64,000 bases of DNA from Octopus sinensis (taxonomy: Eukaryota): positions 60,326,001-60,390,000 of the forward strand of contig NC_043005.1 of the NCBI RefSeq assembly GCF_006345805.1, written 5' to 3'. Position 1 is the stretch's first letter; each line of letters opens with the position of its first letter. Position numbers and translations under genes: made by a program. Shown here in pieces: positions 38,070-51,516 of the stretch. The notes under the pieces were generated by a model, which saw only the letters and a list, made by a program, of their open reading frames with translations, ran no database searches and had not been told where the DNA came from.

Positions 38070-40075
38070 ATGGTTCGACCAATGATTGGTCCAGGCCATG
38101 TCTAACTTAATAGCACTACCTGATAGGATTATTTGAATCCTGTTTAAGTCAAGTTTTGTTTATGGTCCATTCAAGTAGTGAGTATTTGTTGGGTGAGTTG
38201 TATCCAAATATGGGTGGCTTATCTGGTATTCCTTGAAGGAATCTATCCAGACTCCGTTTAAAGTTGATGGGATCCTGTTCCTCTTTGATCTCTTTCGGGA
38301 CAATGTTAAATAGGGCAGGGCTTGTTGAGGAAAAGAAATTATGTTGTAGTGTAGATGTATGCTGTGATCTTGTATTGGGCAGGGGACGTATGGCCCGTGG
38401 TCCCAGTCTTGGATGAACCTTGAAGCTAATGTTCAGGTCGTTTGGGCAAAGTTGGCAGTATATTCTCCACATCGTACAAATGATGTACCGCTCACGGCGA
38501 CGCTGGAGAGAGTAGAGTTTTAAGGCTTTAAGGCGATCCCAATAATCGAGAGCAGCCATGCCTTCAATTCGTTTAGTGAGTGCTCTCTGGGGTGATTCAA
38601 TCCTCGAGATGTTTTGTCTTGTATAGTGAGACCACAGTGGGCAGCAGTATTCGAGGTGTGGCCGTACAATGGAGGAGAAAAGTGGTATGATGACACCTTG
38701 TTCTGTGGACCGGAAAGTTCTTAAGATCCAGGAACTCATCCTACGAGCTATATCGACCTTCTTGTTGATGTGTGCACTCCAACTGAGATCGTCATCAACA
38801 ATTACATCCAGGTCTCTGATATTGTTAGAAGGTCTGAGTGGTTCCCCTGAAGGAAGAGAGTATGGCTGTTTTAGTGAGGAATTTCTTCCAAAATGCATCA
38901 GCTCAAATTTTCCCTCATTCAGTTGCATTTTGTTTCTGTCTGCCCATTGACTCACAGCATATAGATCAGACTGGAGTTGAGTTCGGTCTGCTTCTTCATT
39001 GACGATTTGCTGGAGCTTAGTGTCATCAGCAAATATTTTCACTTTGCAGTAATGTACAACACTGGAAAGGTCGTTTATGTAGATTATGAAGAGTAGCGGA
39101 CCCAAGACAGTCCCCTGGGGGACACCGCTGGTAACTTTTGTTGGGCTTGAGTGGACTCCAGCAACTACAACATGTTGTTCTATTCGCCAGGAAATACTTG
39201 ATCCAGTGTAGAACTTTTCCACGGATTCTAACATTTGCCATATTATGGTCTACCCTGTCGAACGCTTTACTGAAGTCAAGATATATGACGTCAGATTTCG
39301 AACCTGTTCCCAAGGCTTTGAGTACATCTTCAATGTGGTATAAGAGCTGTGTTAGACAGTCCCTGCCACAGCGAAAGCCATGCTGATTTGCATTTAGGAG
39401 TTTGTGGGTCTCCAGGAAGTCAGCTATCCTTGATCTTAACACTCTTTCAAACACTTTGATGATGTGGGAGGTGAGTGAGATTGGGCGATAGTTGAGTGCG
39501 AGGGATCTGTTTCCCTGTTTGAAAACCGGGATGACTGACTGGGATAGACACTGTTTCGGTATATAACCTGCGTCTAAGGAATTTCTCCAGAGGTTGGTCA
39601 GAGGGACTGCAAGTTGGTGTCTACATTCCTTCAGGAGACTAGCGGGGAATATATCAGGGCCTACAGCAGAATAGTATTTAACCTCATTTATTGCTGCTAT
39701 GATGTCAGTGGCAGTAAAGGTTATGTCTGAGATTTTATGTTGAGAGTCAACTTCGTTTGCTTCTCTTACGTCAATATCAGTGGGAACACTAAAGACAGAG
39801 CGGTATTGTTTCTGCAGTATTTCTGCCATTTTTTTAGCATCGTGTTGGGGAATGCCGTTATCATCAATCAATGGCCCAATGGGTGAGACAGTGGTTCTAT
39901 GCTTATTTGCATAAGAATAGAACACTTTTGGGTTCTGTTTGATGTTTTTGATTACCCACTGTTCCTCCAGAGCTCTTTGATTTTCAATGGAGGTTTTCAT
40001 GTCGTTCTGTAGATGAAGTTTTTTCAGCTCTAGCCTTTTCATTGTTGTTGAATGTGGATGTTGTATGTGGGAATA
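38070..40075 (-). mobile_element. 5'-truncated CR1/L2-group non-LTR retrotransposon
   Basis: RT motifs NYRPISLTS, QHGFR, YLDFSKAFDRVDH, VPQGTVLGPLLF, FADDTKL and C-terminal LYSLQRRRER; 5' end abuts (TA)n at ~40100. Confidence 0.9.
38149..40070 (-). pseudogene. Frameshifted ORF2 reverse transcriptase (ORFs 39026-40180 and 38149-39234)
   Basis: Two overlapping ORFs join through a frameshift near 39180; the first ~35 codons of the 40180 ORF are microsatellite read-through. Confidence 0.9.
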
Positions 40076-40097
40076 TTTTAATTGGTTGATTTTTTTG

Positions 40098-40142
<45 letters not shown>

Positions 40143-41391
40143 ATGTATGTATTTATGTATGTAAGTAAGTATTTTTGCATGCATGAGTCCTTGTTGCAGC
40201 CTATTTCAGGTTTAAAACATTGTTATTGCTGATACCTTGAGAGTTACCCATTTACGATTTTAAGTTTTATTCAAAACTAGTATTTATAAGCTTCTTAATA
40301 TAATTACATGTTTTCGTTCTTACTTTTTGAAGAAAGGAAACGTTGTGGCAATCTTATGGTTAGGGCTCGTTTTAGCAGTCAGTAACTTCCATCGGAATGT
40401 TTATTATAATGTTTGACCTTTACATTCCGCAACTGATAACTATTATTAGCTTATTAATACAATAATGTGTGAGTGTGTTGGTGACAGCTTTGCAGTATGC
40501 TATTAACGACACTTTAATTTCTAATATTCCTTTTTTTTTTTTTGAGAATTATAGGATGTTTACTCTGGTTTTCCGTATTACAAATAATGTGACTCAACTT
40601 TATAAATGCACAACGCCAGAATATTTTGAAGGGAGATGAGTAATCAATTACATCGGCTACAATACCTTACTGATTTTATAGTTGATCAGAGGGATATAAA
40701 GAAAATAGTACTCCATCGAGATTTGAATTCAGAACGTAACGAGCAAGGGATTTTGTCCAATACACTAACGATTCCAGCAGTCTAACAACCTTTTTTCTAA
40801 AATTGACACAGGGTATGAAATCCCCTGTAATTTATGTTATGAATTACGATAATATAACTATTATACACACATACATACAGTTATGTATAAAGAATGTATG
40901 CGTGTACGCGCATGTGAGGCTGTGTCTGTGAGCGTGTGAAGATGCGTGTGTGTATACGTGCGTGTCTATATGTATAGCCGTCCTGAAATCACCAATAATT
41001 CAAACTATCTTTTACTTAATTAATTTTGACGAATTGTTCATTCTTGGTGTTATCTCACATTGCTATTTCCATTCAATCTTGGTTTCTACCAGCTGATTGA
41101 TTTACCGTCTCTAAAAGCAGAGATCATTTCAATATATCAAAAATTGAATCTGTACGCAATTAAATATTTAATATACCTAAAACGGCGGACCGGACAAAAA
41201 AAACCTTAGTGGTATTTCGTTCGTTTAAGGTTCTGCGTTTAGATACTGCCGAGGTCGATGTTAACGTTTGAACTCTGGGATCGATGTAATTGACTGATAC
41301 ATTCGCCTGAAATTACAAGCTTCGCGCTAAAGTTTTAAATCAATATAACTTTATAACGTTTGTTGTCTTTTTTAAGTTGTTTTGTGTTATC

Positions 41392-41429
<38 letters not shown>

Positions 41430-42220
41430 TATATATATATATGTATGTATATATACATGTATTAGGTTGTCAGATACAATCGTTCTTTTATTTTCAATGT
41501 TATTTGAAAAAAGATCTGTACGATAAAAATGTTTTCTCTTTAAAACATTTTTTTTATCGAACCGCTTTATTTTTTGTGTGTGGTATCTCTGTTCCTCCTC
41601 TATAACTTTGTTTGTCACTTTCGAAATGGGGATAAATTTTAAATTTTTTACCAGTTACGATAAACAACTGAAAAGTAGAAGAAAAATTGTGTATTTTAGA
41701 TATCTGCTTCTCTTCTGATTTCAGTCACGGTTCCAAAGGTGCAAAAGCCACTTGAGGGATTTGTTGGGAGATCTTTACTGTGTATGGACGCAGCTCTGTT
41801 CCTGAAAGTCAGACAGAAAAGAAAGGTTCTTCAGGGAGGGGTAATTCCATTTTACAGAATCACTGCGTACCATTCGATTTGTTCAGATGAATGAGGATCG
41901 AGTAAACGAACTGCTAAGTGGGACTGTGTCATTACACTCGGGACTAAAATGGCTATTTAAACGCTTCATTTAAAAGCTCCGTTGCCTCATCATATTCTCC
42001 CGGTACAGTAGTTTTACATTATTAATTTTTCGATCTCTCTTCAATAGTCTGCCAGCAGTTCGTACAACATTGATGTGGAGCTAAAAGAGCGGTTCATTGT
42101 CGTCTTCGCGACAAAACCTAACGATTTCTAATATCAGGGCATTGGACAAAATGGTGAAACTTTGGCAATAAGTCATGCAGTAGAATTTAAAATATAAATG
42201 ACTTTGCTATAGATTGATTT

Positions 42221-42290
42221 CTACAAATTCAACTTGCTACAAACTTAATTTGGTACAAATTTAACTTGCTACAAATTTACTTTGGTACAA
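42221..42290. repeat. 16-bp minisatellite, ~4.5 copies
   Basis: CTACAAATTCAACTTG / CTACAAACTTAATTTG / GTACAAATTTAACTTG / CTACAAATTTACTTTG / GTACAA. Confidence 0.8.
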
Positions 42291-42626
42291 CCTAGCCTTA
42301 GTGACCCAAAGAAAGTTTTAATTTGTGTCAGGAAGGTGAGCAAATATTAATTGAAAGCTAACATTTCTTCCAACATTCAAAATTTTAGTTATTACATGAA
42401 ATTTACATTAATTTATCGATTTTGAGTCCAATATTCCATCAGTCTCTGTTTCATTCATAAATACATGCATATGTATGCTCGTACGTATGTTTGTATGCAT
42501 GCATGTATGTATAAAAGATACAAAAAATATATTAATGGTTAACGTAATGATGAATTATCACGGATTATGATAAAGAATTACGTGATTGAAAGTTATAAAG
42601 TGCATACGGATTAATGGTTTTGAATA

Positions 42627-42627
<1 letters not shown>

Positions 42628-42687
<60 letters not shown>

Positions 42688-42975
42688 CGCAGCATAAGTA
42701 GCAGCGGTGGTGGTGGTGGCAGGAGGAGGGGATAATGGAGAATGGAAAGAATATAATGAAAACGGCGTTAAATTACAAGAAAAGTTATGAAAGACTTAAC
42801 TAATTAGAAGAATAAACGGATTATGTAATTAAAAACAAAAAATCACATAACAATGAGCAAATCTTTTAAATAAATCCAATTATCTATAAAAGCAAAAGCC
42901 ATAGTGATTAGTAGTGCATACTGTGAGGTACCTACACAGAAGTAGGACAAAATATCTAAACCTATCTCTCTATCA

Positions 42976-43058
<83 letters not shown>
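42628..43058. repeat. (AGT)n at 42628-42686 and (TATC)n at ~42976-43058
   Basis: Seen directly. Confidence 0.9.
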
Positions 43059-43059
<1 letters not shown>

Positions 43060-43418
43060 GACTGTTTATCTATGTTTGAGTATATACATATAATTGTTGA
43101 TGGGGTATCATAGATATTTTATTGCAAACTTGTTCCCTAGATTCCTAAGTTCATATACACATGCATTTTCATATCCACAAGTATTTTCTCTGAATTATAT
43201 GATGTCATGAACATGTGTTATGCATATAAATGTGTGAGTTAGGGAATCCAGCATAAAATCGCGTGAGTATATGTCTTTGATGTATAAAGCATAATGTTCT
43301 AGTGCGGAGTATAGTGAAAGATTTTGGTAGCATTTTTAACCCACAAGTGAGAAGCGAGTATCTATCAGTTTGAGAGATTTTCTATATTTAAATACTAGGA
43401 ATTATCCACGTGTCATTG

Positions 43419-43461
<43 letters not shown>

Positions 43462-43514
43462 TATTTTCATTATTTGCATTTGACGGATATTTGTTGTCAT
43501 CTTGTTCTTTGTCA

Positions 43515-43555
43515 ACACATTTCGGCTGTTATACCCTGCAGCCTTCATCAGGTGT
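43515..43555 (-). ncRNA. Hammerhead-like motif lacking stem III (defective)
   Basis: Minus strand: ACAC-CTGATGA-A-GGCTG-CAGGGTATAA-CAGCC-GAAA-T-GTGT; core, stem II and stem I present, no NUH or stem III. Confidence 0.55.
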
Positions 43556-43661
43556 ATTGGGGAAATTTCGAACCTGGATTCTCATTCTTAAGTTATTTTT
43601 TCGATGTTATTATAATAATAAGAATTATTATTATAATTATTATTATTATTATTATTATTAT

Positions 43662-44614
43662 GTTTTTTCCTTCTTTCTTCAAATTTTCTTCTGTTTCTCG
43701 CCGAGTGTTTTACATACACCTAGGGCAGAGAAGCTCATTGTATGCATTCCCAGATTACACACGCAAATTCACAGATAAAATATGTATTCAAAAATTAATA
43801 ACTAAATAAATTCCTGGATGGATGTTGTGTTCACAGCGATAATGCTCTTCTCAGTACATGAGCCGTTCCAGTTAATACGATTTTTTGCACTTCCTGTAGG
43901 GATGGTATGCCTGGAATCCTTTTCAAATAGGTTTCAGTACCTTTTTTTATCATTCCTAGAGATCCTACAATCACTGGTACTGTAGTCGCCTTGAGATGCC
44001 ACATTTTTTCAATTTCTATTAGCAGGTCTTTATATTTACTAATCTTGTCAAATTCTTTCGCTGCTATATTGTGATCGCAAGGGATACTCATGTCAATTAA
44101 TAGACACATATTTTTTGTCTGATCTTTTATAACAATATCCGGCTTATTAGCTTTTATAATATTGTCGGTCTGTACGGGGAAGTCCCATAGAATCGACACG
44201 TTTTCTCCCTCAGTCACAGCTTCAGGGTGGTGTTTATACCATTTGTCAGCGGTTTTGATTTTATAATACCAACATATTGTCCAATGTAATACTGGCCGAC
44301 TCTGTCATGTCTTGCTTAATATTATGCAGGTGCTAAGACTCTACACCCTGAGATTAGGTGGTCTATTGTTTCAATCTCATCGGTACAGAATCAGCATTTT
44401 GGGTCAGCTGCATTTTTTATCACGTTGGCTTGGTAGTTCCGGGTTAATAAGCTTTGGTCTAGAGCAGCTAATATGAAACCTTCACTCTCTGTTTTAGCCC
44501 TGAGCTTCGTAACCATTCGTGCGTGTGTTTCTGGTCGACATCAGCTTGATCAATTTTGTGGGTATCTAAGAGATCAGCAGCGAATTTTTTGCTCTCTTTG
44601 AGAATAGAGTGAAG

Positions 44615-44620
<6 letters not shown>
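43662..44620 (-). mobile_element. 5'-truncated Dong/R4-clade non-LTR element with restriction-like endonuclease
   Basis: CCHC knuckle C*FCTDEIETIDHLISGC, RHD motif, KPDIVI...LIDMSIP (PD..D), KISKYKDL, VPVIVGSLG; (TAA)n at both ends. Confidence 0.85.
43831..44217 (-). pseudogene. REL endonuclease domain (C-terminus of the R4/Dong ORF)
   Basis: ORF track: 128 aa, ILWDFPVQTD..ANKPDIVIKD..LLIDMSIPCD..KEFDKISKYKDL; upstream part has stops and a frameshift. Confidence 0.85.
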
Positions 44621-44671
<51 letters not shown>

Positions 44672-45799
44672 CATTATTATTATTATACCTAAAATCTCCA
44701 AGAAATTTAATAAACAAAAAATATGCCGTTCTTACTCCAGCATAGAAGTTACTAAGCTTTTCAAGAAGATAAACATTGTTACAGAGGCTGCCTGTCACTG
44801 ATTATTATTTTTGTTTTTATGTGGTCAGTTTTAATTTATAGACTAGTTTATCAAAGCACTTGTATATCTAAGGCTGTGACAACAGAGGGCAGTATCTGTT
44901 AGGGGTAGGGTTGAGGGAGCAGACAGAAATGATAGTTGGTATAGTCATAAAAATCAAGATTTATTTGAAGCAACATCATGAGGTTTGGTAAAGGAAAACT
45001 TAAAACAAAATGTTAGCTGACAATTAATTGGGTCACCCACTAGCAGTCCATTGATAATGAAACAGGAGAAGTCTTATCATGTAGTACTATAGTTAAATAT
45101 TTTAAACAATGTTGCTATATTGTATATAGTTTAAGTTTAGTGCTATTCAGAGGATTATTAAAAATATATTATAACTAAATGATAGAAATTTATGAATACT
45201 TTTAAATATATACCCAACTTTTACCACAATATAGGGAAGAAAACAAATTATCCAGAAATAGTTTAATATTTATACATATTGTACACTTAAATACTAACTC
45301 ATCAGATGGTATCTGTGAATATTGATTAATTGGTAAATACAGATATTAATAAAGGAGTATTGAGGTAAAGGAACATGCTAATTGTATATTGATAAAATTA
45401 TAATCTAGGCAGTTTTTCATAAGTAGAGAATATACCATTATATTAGCTAAGTATGAATTTATAGAGATACAAAAATTAAATTAATTTTATAAATAAATAA
45501 GGGCTAATTATAAAATAATAAAGAAATGAAATAATCAATTAGGGCATATCACCATAGAAAAGGAAATAAAATAGCTTAATTACTAATACTATGGTAAATT
45601 ATATGTAGCTTATTAGTACCAATAGAGATTTTTAGAAAAATATAATAATTCAAAATATGTTAGACTAAAAATTATATATTTACTTATTTAGCTAACATCA
45701 ATAAAAGACTGATGTCTAGTATCAGTTAAAGGAATATTTAAGTTATGGAACAATCATATTTTACACTGATCTTTTTTTAAAAATGCTTCGGCAAAGTTC

Positions 45800-46223
45800 T
45801 TTTACTACAGCTTTCGGCCGACCAAAGCCATGTCAGTGGATTTGGTTGACTGGAACGGAAAGCCGTCTGTCCTATATATATATTTTTTATGTACTTGTTT
45901 CGGTGTTTGTTTCCCTGCCACACACACACAATTGCTTAGAAAACGATATTGGTGTGTCTATGTCCACGTACGTTAGCGGTTCGGTAGAAGATAACGATAG
46001 TATAAGCACCACGCGTAGAATGTATAACTTCAGGGGTAGATTTCTTCAACTAAAAGGCGGTACTCCAGGATGGCCACACTCAAATGACTGAAACAAGTAA
46101 CAGAGTAAAAGGGTAATATATGTGTGTGTGTGTGTGTGTGTACGTTATTTATTATATATATATATATTATTTATATTATTATTTGCCGCACAGCCATTCC
46201 CAAGTAAGTTTATATTTCTCATT

Positions 46224-46266
<43 letters not shown>

Positions 46267-46570
46267 ATGGAGATATATACATTTATCTAGTAGCCTCTTG
46301 CCGACCAAAGCCTTGTGAGTGGATTTCGTAGACGGAAACGGAAAGAAGACCGTCGTATATATGTATATTTGTGTGTGTGTGTTTGTACCCACCATTGCTT
46401 GACAACCGATGTTGCTTTTGTTTACATTTCCATCCATAACTTAACGGTTCATTAAAAACACAGATGGAATAAGTACTAGGTTTACAAAGAATAAGTCCTG
46501 TGATCGATTTGTTCGACCAACGGCGGTGCTCCAGCATGGCCGCAGTCACACGACTGAAACAAGTAAAAAA
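45800..46570 (+). mobile_element. Two tandem 5'-truncated SINE family A copies (~45810-46110 and ~46285-46570)
   Basis: Each has CCGACCAAAGCC..GTGGATTT..ACGGAA and the GGCGGT(A/G)CTCCAG(G/C)ATGGCC tail. Confidence 0.8.
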
Positions 46571-48350
46571 AAATGACTATGTCACGAGCAAGACCAAGTA
46601 TCTCTACTAATAGTCTATAAATGATATTCTCTAAACCAATGTACCATCAGTTAATTTCAAGGATTTTCCTATGCAATCATTAGAGCCTAACTTCCGCTGT
46701 ACTAGGCAAGTGTTTTTTATGTGTGATATGAAAACGATCTGTTTCCTGGGATGGAAACTGAATGCAGGGAACTGGTAGTCACTAGTGTAGTCTGTACTTT
46801 TATTTGACAGTGAGTAGTCCGAGGAACTTTTTAATGATATATCGTTTATAAAATACGCTAGCAATTGCAGTCCTCTTCAATAATTAGCGCGTCGGAATAA
46901 ATGCCTTAGAATATGAAATTTCAAAATATATTTTGTCAATTGTGAGTCGCTATCTCTAGGTAATAGCCACAGATTAATTGCTTTCCGTTTTGCTTTGTTT
47001 TTGTTTCTGAAAATTGCTATCAGCAGTCATAATAAACGAGATCAAAGTAACTTACTGGATTTCTAATTATATGAAATCCTTACAAATTTAAATTAATTAA
47101 AAACATGAGAAACAATTTCACAACAATGAACTTCGTTTTAACATTGTTGTTGCTGAATTACGCAGTCCAGAGACAAAAGAGTATATTATCGTTGGTTCAT
47201 TTAACAAAGTATTATTTACTTACTATTGATTGGGGGGATAGCAAGGTTCAAATTTTAATGTCACCTGTCCAAAAATTGGTGCATTAATTTCCAGCAGTAT
47301 AAAGATGACAATGCAATTAATTGATTACTACCAACACAGTTAAAGGCCTTGTAAATAGAAATCAATATTTTCAAAGCTACAGGAAGGTAAGGGAAAATAA
47401 TAATAGGCCAAACTAAATAAACAGAAGAAATTATGATAATAATTTTTTTGTTTTTTCATTTTGGTAGGGTGGTTACTTTATCACTTCCTTTTTTATAATT
47501 CTTAAGCGATGATACTAATACTGTCATACATTTCTGTCGTATTTGTTACCCGCATCATTTGCTTATCGACTTGTGACAGAATATAACCTTAATATTTCCT
47601 TAGCTTGAAATATATATTATTTTTGTACGTTTCTGAAACTCAACCGGTTACCATGTTTTCCTCAGTCACGGGATGAGATTATTTGGAAAAACATGGTTTG
47701 GGCTTTTTTATCTTATACGTTGGCATTATATTTACTTTTATAGTTGATTTTCTTGGGTACCTAAGTATATAAACGACTACGAAAAGTTTAACTTGATGTT
47801 CACTCCAGTGACTGACGTTGACCATTATCGCAATAGGTGTTGGCATTCAGTTGCATGTTTTCATATTCTGCCAGTCAATATGATTTTGATTGTGACCTGT
47901 GGTTTTGATGGCACTATTTATTATTTTGGATGTTGTTTCTGTTTCTGCTTTTTATATCCATTTTTTAAATAGATGGTCCTCCTGCCCATAAATGAAACGT
48001 TGTCGCAATCTGGGCGCCAGAGTGCACTCATATTATCTTCTGTGCTTTTAGAATGAAACGTTTCGGAGTGTCATTTATATTTGTAGATGTTATTATTTCC
48101 GCGAAAGTTTAGATACTGTAGCGAGTAGATCATCTGCACATCTTACTAATGTGTGGTCTTATCCAAATCTAAGATACTTGGAACTTTTCTTTCTCTTTAA
48201 GAGTAATTTCTGATCTACTAAACATGATAAAATATTTCTAAGAAATTTACTAGAATTTTAATTATGTGCACTATGCACACATTTAGATTAATGAAAAATA
48301 ATACCATAATAATCAATCTCGTATTAGAGGTTCATCGCATCGGTCTTTCT

Positions 48351-48545
48351 GGTACTAGTTTGTGGTTGTTGATGCATTATCCTTCAATATTTCTCCAGTA
48401 TCCACTGCATCACAATATTTCCACAAGCATTTCAAAAACTTGTATTCATATGTTTTTTAGTATTTACAAATCTGAAAATGTGTTAGCATCAGTATTTTGT
48501 GGAAGAAAATGCCATAATTCTCTTAGTTTATTACTGCACTGAGCA
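48351..48545. repeat. Dispersed direct repeat, copy 1 (copy 2 at 51517-51711)
   Basis: GGTACTA(G/A)TTTGTGGTTGTTGATG...CATCAGTATTTTGTGGA...AGTTTATTA shared; roughly 80% identity by eye. Confidence 0.8.
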
Positions 48546-48782
48546 TTCATTCATGGATGCGAGAGGGATTTTCTGTTATCATAAGAATTGAATCCGATGT
48601 CGTAAGTCTGTCCATTTTTCGGATTCAAGGAATTTGGTATTGGTGGCCTAAGTAGTTGGAAATATTGGTGAATAGACGAATTCGGATACGCCTCAGGTGA
48701 TATGGTGATTGAATTTTATCTTTATCTATCTATCACAGTTAAGGTTTCTGTAGAGGTGCGTAGTGTCTCTTCTGCAGAGATG

Positions 48783-50360
48783 TAGTTAGTTAGTTAGTTA
48801 GTTAGTTAGTTAATTTGGCTCAAAAGCAAATAGCAAGGCCATGTAGGGGGACGTGGAGTTAAGTACAGGGTGGTGTTCATGTAAAGAGTTCAGGCCACTT
48901 GAGGTCCAGGGAGGGTTTGAACAAAGCGGTCGTCGGCATCTTCACCATCTCGTCTGGCAGCTTGTTCCACGGATCCGCAACCCGGACGGAGAAATCTCCT
49001 CTCCTTCGATTGAGATGAAATCGTCGCAGGTAGAGCTTTTCGGAATGACCCCGCAGCCGACGCTCTGGAGCAGGAGTGAAGAACAGCTCTTTCGAGAGGT
49101 TACACTTTCCGCTTATGATGTTGTGGGCGAGAATGAGATCACCACGGCGGCGGCGTTTTTCAAGAGAATAAAGGTCGAGCGTCCTCAGCCTTTCTTCGTA
49201 GGACAAATTTTTGAGACCATGAACCATGCGGGTAGCCAGCTTCTGTACTCTTTCGAGATGCTGTATGTCTTTGAGGAGATAAGGAGAAGAGGCTTGAATC
49301 CCATACTCCAATATGGGTCTCACCAGCGTGACATAGAGTGGTAGGAATATGGCTGCTGTGAGCATTCCGAATGACCGTCGAATCAAGAACAGAATTCCGC
49401 GTGCTTTGTTGGCAGCATGGACGCACTGGGCCGAAGGCGAAAAGGAGGAATCCACCAAGATACCCAGGTCCTTTACCTGATCGGTCCTCTCCAGCAGCAG
49501 ACGACCCGGCTCGAAATCAAGTTGAGTTGCAGGAGTAGAGCCGACAGGCAGATGACAGCACTTTGACACGTTCAGACACAGGTCCCAATCGTTAGACCAC
49601 TTCCAAATTTGGTGGAGGCATCGACGAAGATCCTCTATATTACCGCGAGGAGCGACCAGTTTGATACCGTCGGCAAATAGAAGGGTGTGTTGCGTGAGGT
49701 CGTCGGGCAAGTCATTTATGAAGAACAACAAGGGCCCAAGCACTGAACCTTGAGGCGCGCCACTGCTCGCACTGGAGACGTCGGACCGCGAACCATTAAC
49801 TTGGACTTGGAAGGAGCGATCTGAGATGAAGGCACCAACCCATCGTATAATATCCGGATGGAAACTATATGCTTGAAGCTTGACAAGTAATAGGCGGTGG
49901 TTTACCGAGTCAAAAGCTTTGGCAAAGTCCAATAAAACGATGTCAACAGCATCACTATCATCGAGGATGCGCGTCACCAATTCTTCCATTACTAGTAAGT
50001 TGGTCAAGCATGATCTCTTCGACACGAAGCCGTGTTGGGAATCAGAGATAGAGGCTGTGTTTAGGAGGTGGAGCATCATACTTTTCTTAAGGATGGTTTC
50101 GAACATCTTGCTGATTATTGATGTAAGGGAAACCGGTCGGTAGTTAAGCGGGTCTTCGCGGCTCCCTTTCTTGAAAATTGGGCAGATTATCGCTGTTCTC
50201 CAGTCTGCAGGTATAACACCCGTCGCCAATGACATATTTAATAGTCGTGTTAAGGGCTCGCAGATGACCGGAGCCAACGCTTTGATAACCCGGGGGTGTA
50301 TGCCGTCAGGGCCGTGACTCTTGTTGACATCGAGGCCTTGAATAACACGTTTGACTTCGT
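48783..50360 (-). mobile_element. Young 5'-truncated CR1-like LINE with (AACT)n 3' tail
   Basis: 466-codon RT ORF (NYRPVSLTS, QHGF, LDFAKAFDSV, PQGSVLGPLLF, LYSLEKRRRRGDL, LRGH); tail (GTTA)n at 48783-48812 on plus; clearly GC-richer than flanks. Confidence 0.92.
48877..50277 (-). pseudogene. ORF2 RT domain, open frame but catalytic motif FADG
   Basis: FADG instead of F/YADD at 49666-49677; short in-frame deletion in GPLLFFINDL; no endonuclease domain (5' truncated). Confidence 0.88.
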
Positions 50361-51516
50361 AATGTATTTTGTGTGTAACGTTTTTCTCTGCTTAGTATAC
50401 TTTTCGTGGTTGCATCTGGAAACGTGTTCGGACTTAATGAACGTGCGTAATATTTTATTATTGTGGCATATTACTTTGATATTCGATATAAAAGCATCTG
50501 TTGGTATAGTTTTCCTGCTACCAGTTATTTTGTATAGTCTCCAATTGCTTTTTTCAAATATACTCAGTATATACTCAGTATATTTGCCTCTTTTCATCTT
50601 TTTTTCCTTGGTTTCCTTTTTGCGGTGTTCTTACTGAGTTGTTGAATGCTATAATTTATTTACTTTTTGCATAGAATTGGCATGTGAAGTTTGGAGCTAT
50701 CTATAACGCTGGTTGACATTTAATTTCAATTATAGAAATAGATTTTCATTTTTTAAATCGCAGATTCTTGAATTGTTACATTGAATAAATTTTAAAGCAA
50801 AGTTGGGGGGTCTCCATATTTATTTTGAATTCTGATATTCTTCTCTTATACTGTTAGCAGTTTATTGTCCACATGAAGTTGAGTTGTCAGAATTTGTAAG
50901 CAGAAATCGGTGTGTAAATGAATTTTAATTTGCTGGATAGTTTACGATATCGCAGTGCTTCAGTTGCTGACTTGAATACCGTGGTATTTTGACAGTTCTA
51001 GTGATAACGTTTCTGGATTATTCTAGTAATATTTTCGTTTGCTTTATGTGGCAGCTTATGTTGAAACCAATGAAATACCATTCAATATCTAGACATTAAT
51101 ACGTGATGTATTGTTTGGAAAGAAATACTCGTGGTGCTGTTGGTGTCATCATAAGCGAAATATGCATATGATGCTTAAAATGTTTCAGGTTCGTGTGACA
51201 GTTTTATAGTGAATATTTAAATTTGTTAGTAAAATTTAATACTGTTAGACAGTTATTTCTAGTAACTATGTAATAGTGAACTGACGTTGTACGTATTTGT
51301 TGGAATATCGCCTTTCAGTGATGCTTCCAAATGATATATGGTTGGCATTTAGAATTTGAAGTATCGTATGATGAAGGCATAATATTTTTTCAGCTGTTGG
51401 AATGGGGAGGTTTTGACGACATGCGATAGGTTCATTGGCTGGTCGCACTGCCGTAGCAAAAGCACATCATGTAAATTATTACAGCGAATAAAAATATCAT
51501 GTACATTTGATAGTTT

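Noticed and set aside
45240-45312. Minus-strand CTGATGA with an AT-rich stem
   Set aside because: No GAAA at the base of the stem and stem I pairing is weak
48853-50143. Secondary ORFs overlapping the CR1 RT (48853+, 49160-, 49880+), and likewise 38669+ and 39138+
   Set aside because: Off-frame or antisense shadows of GC-rich LINE sequence
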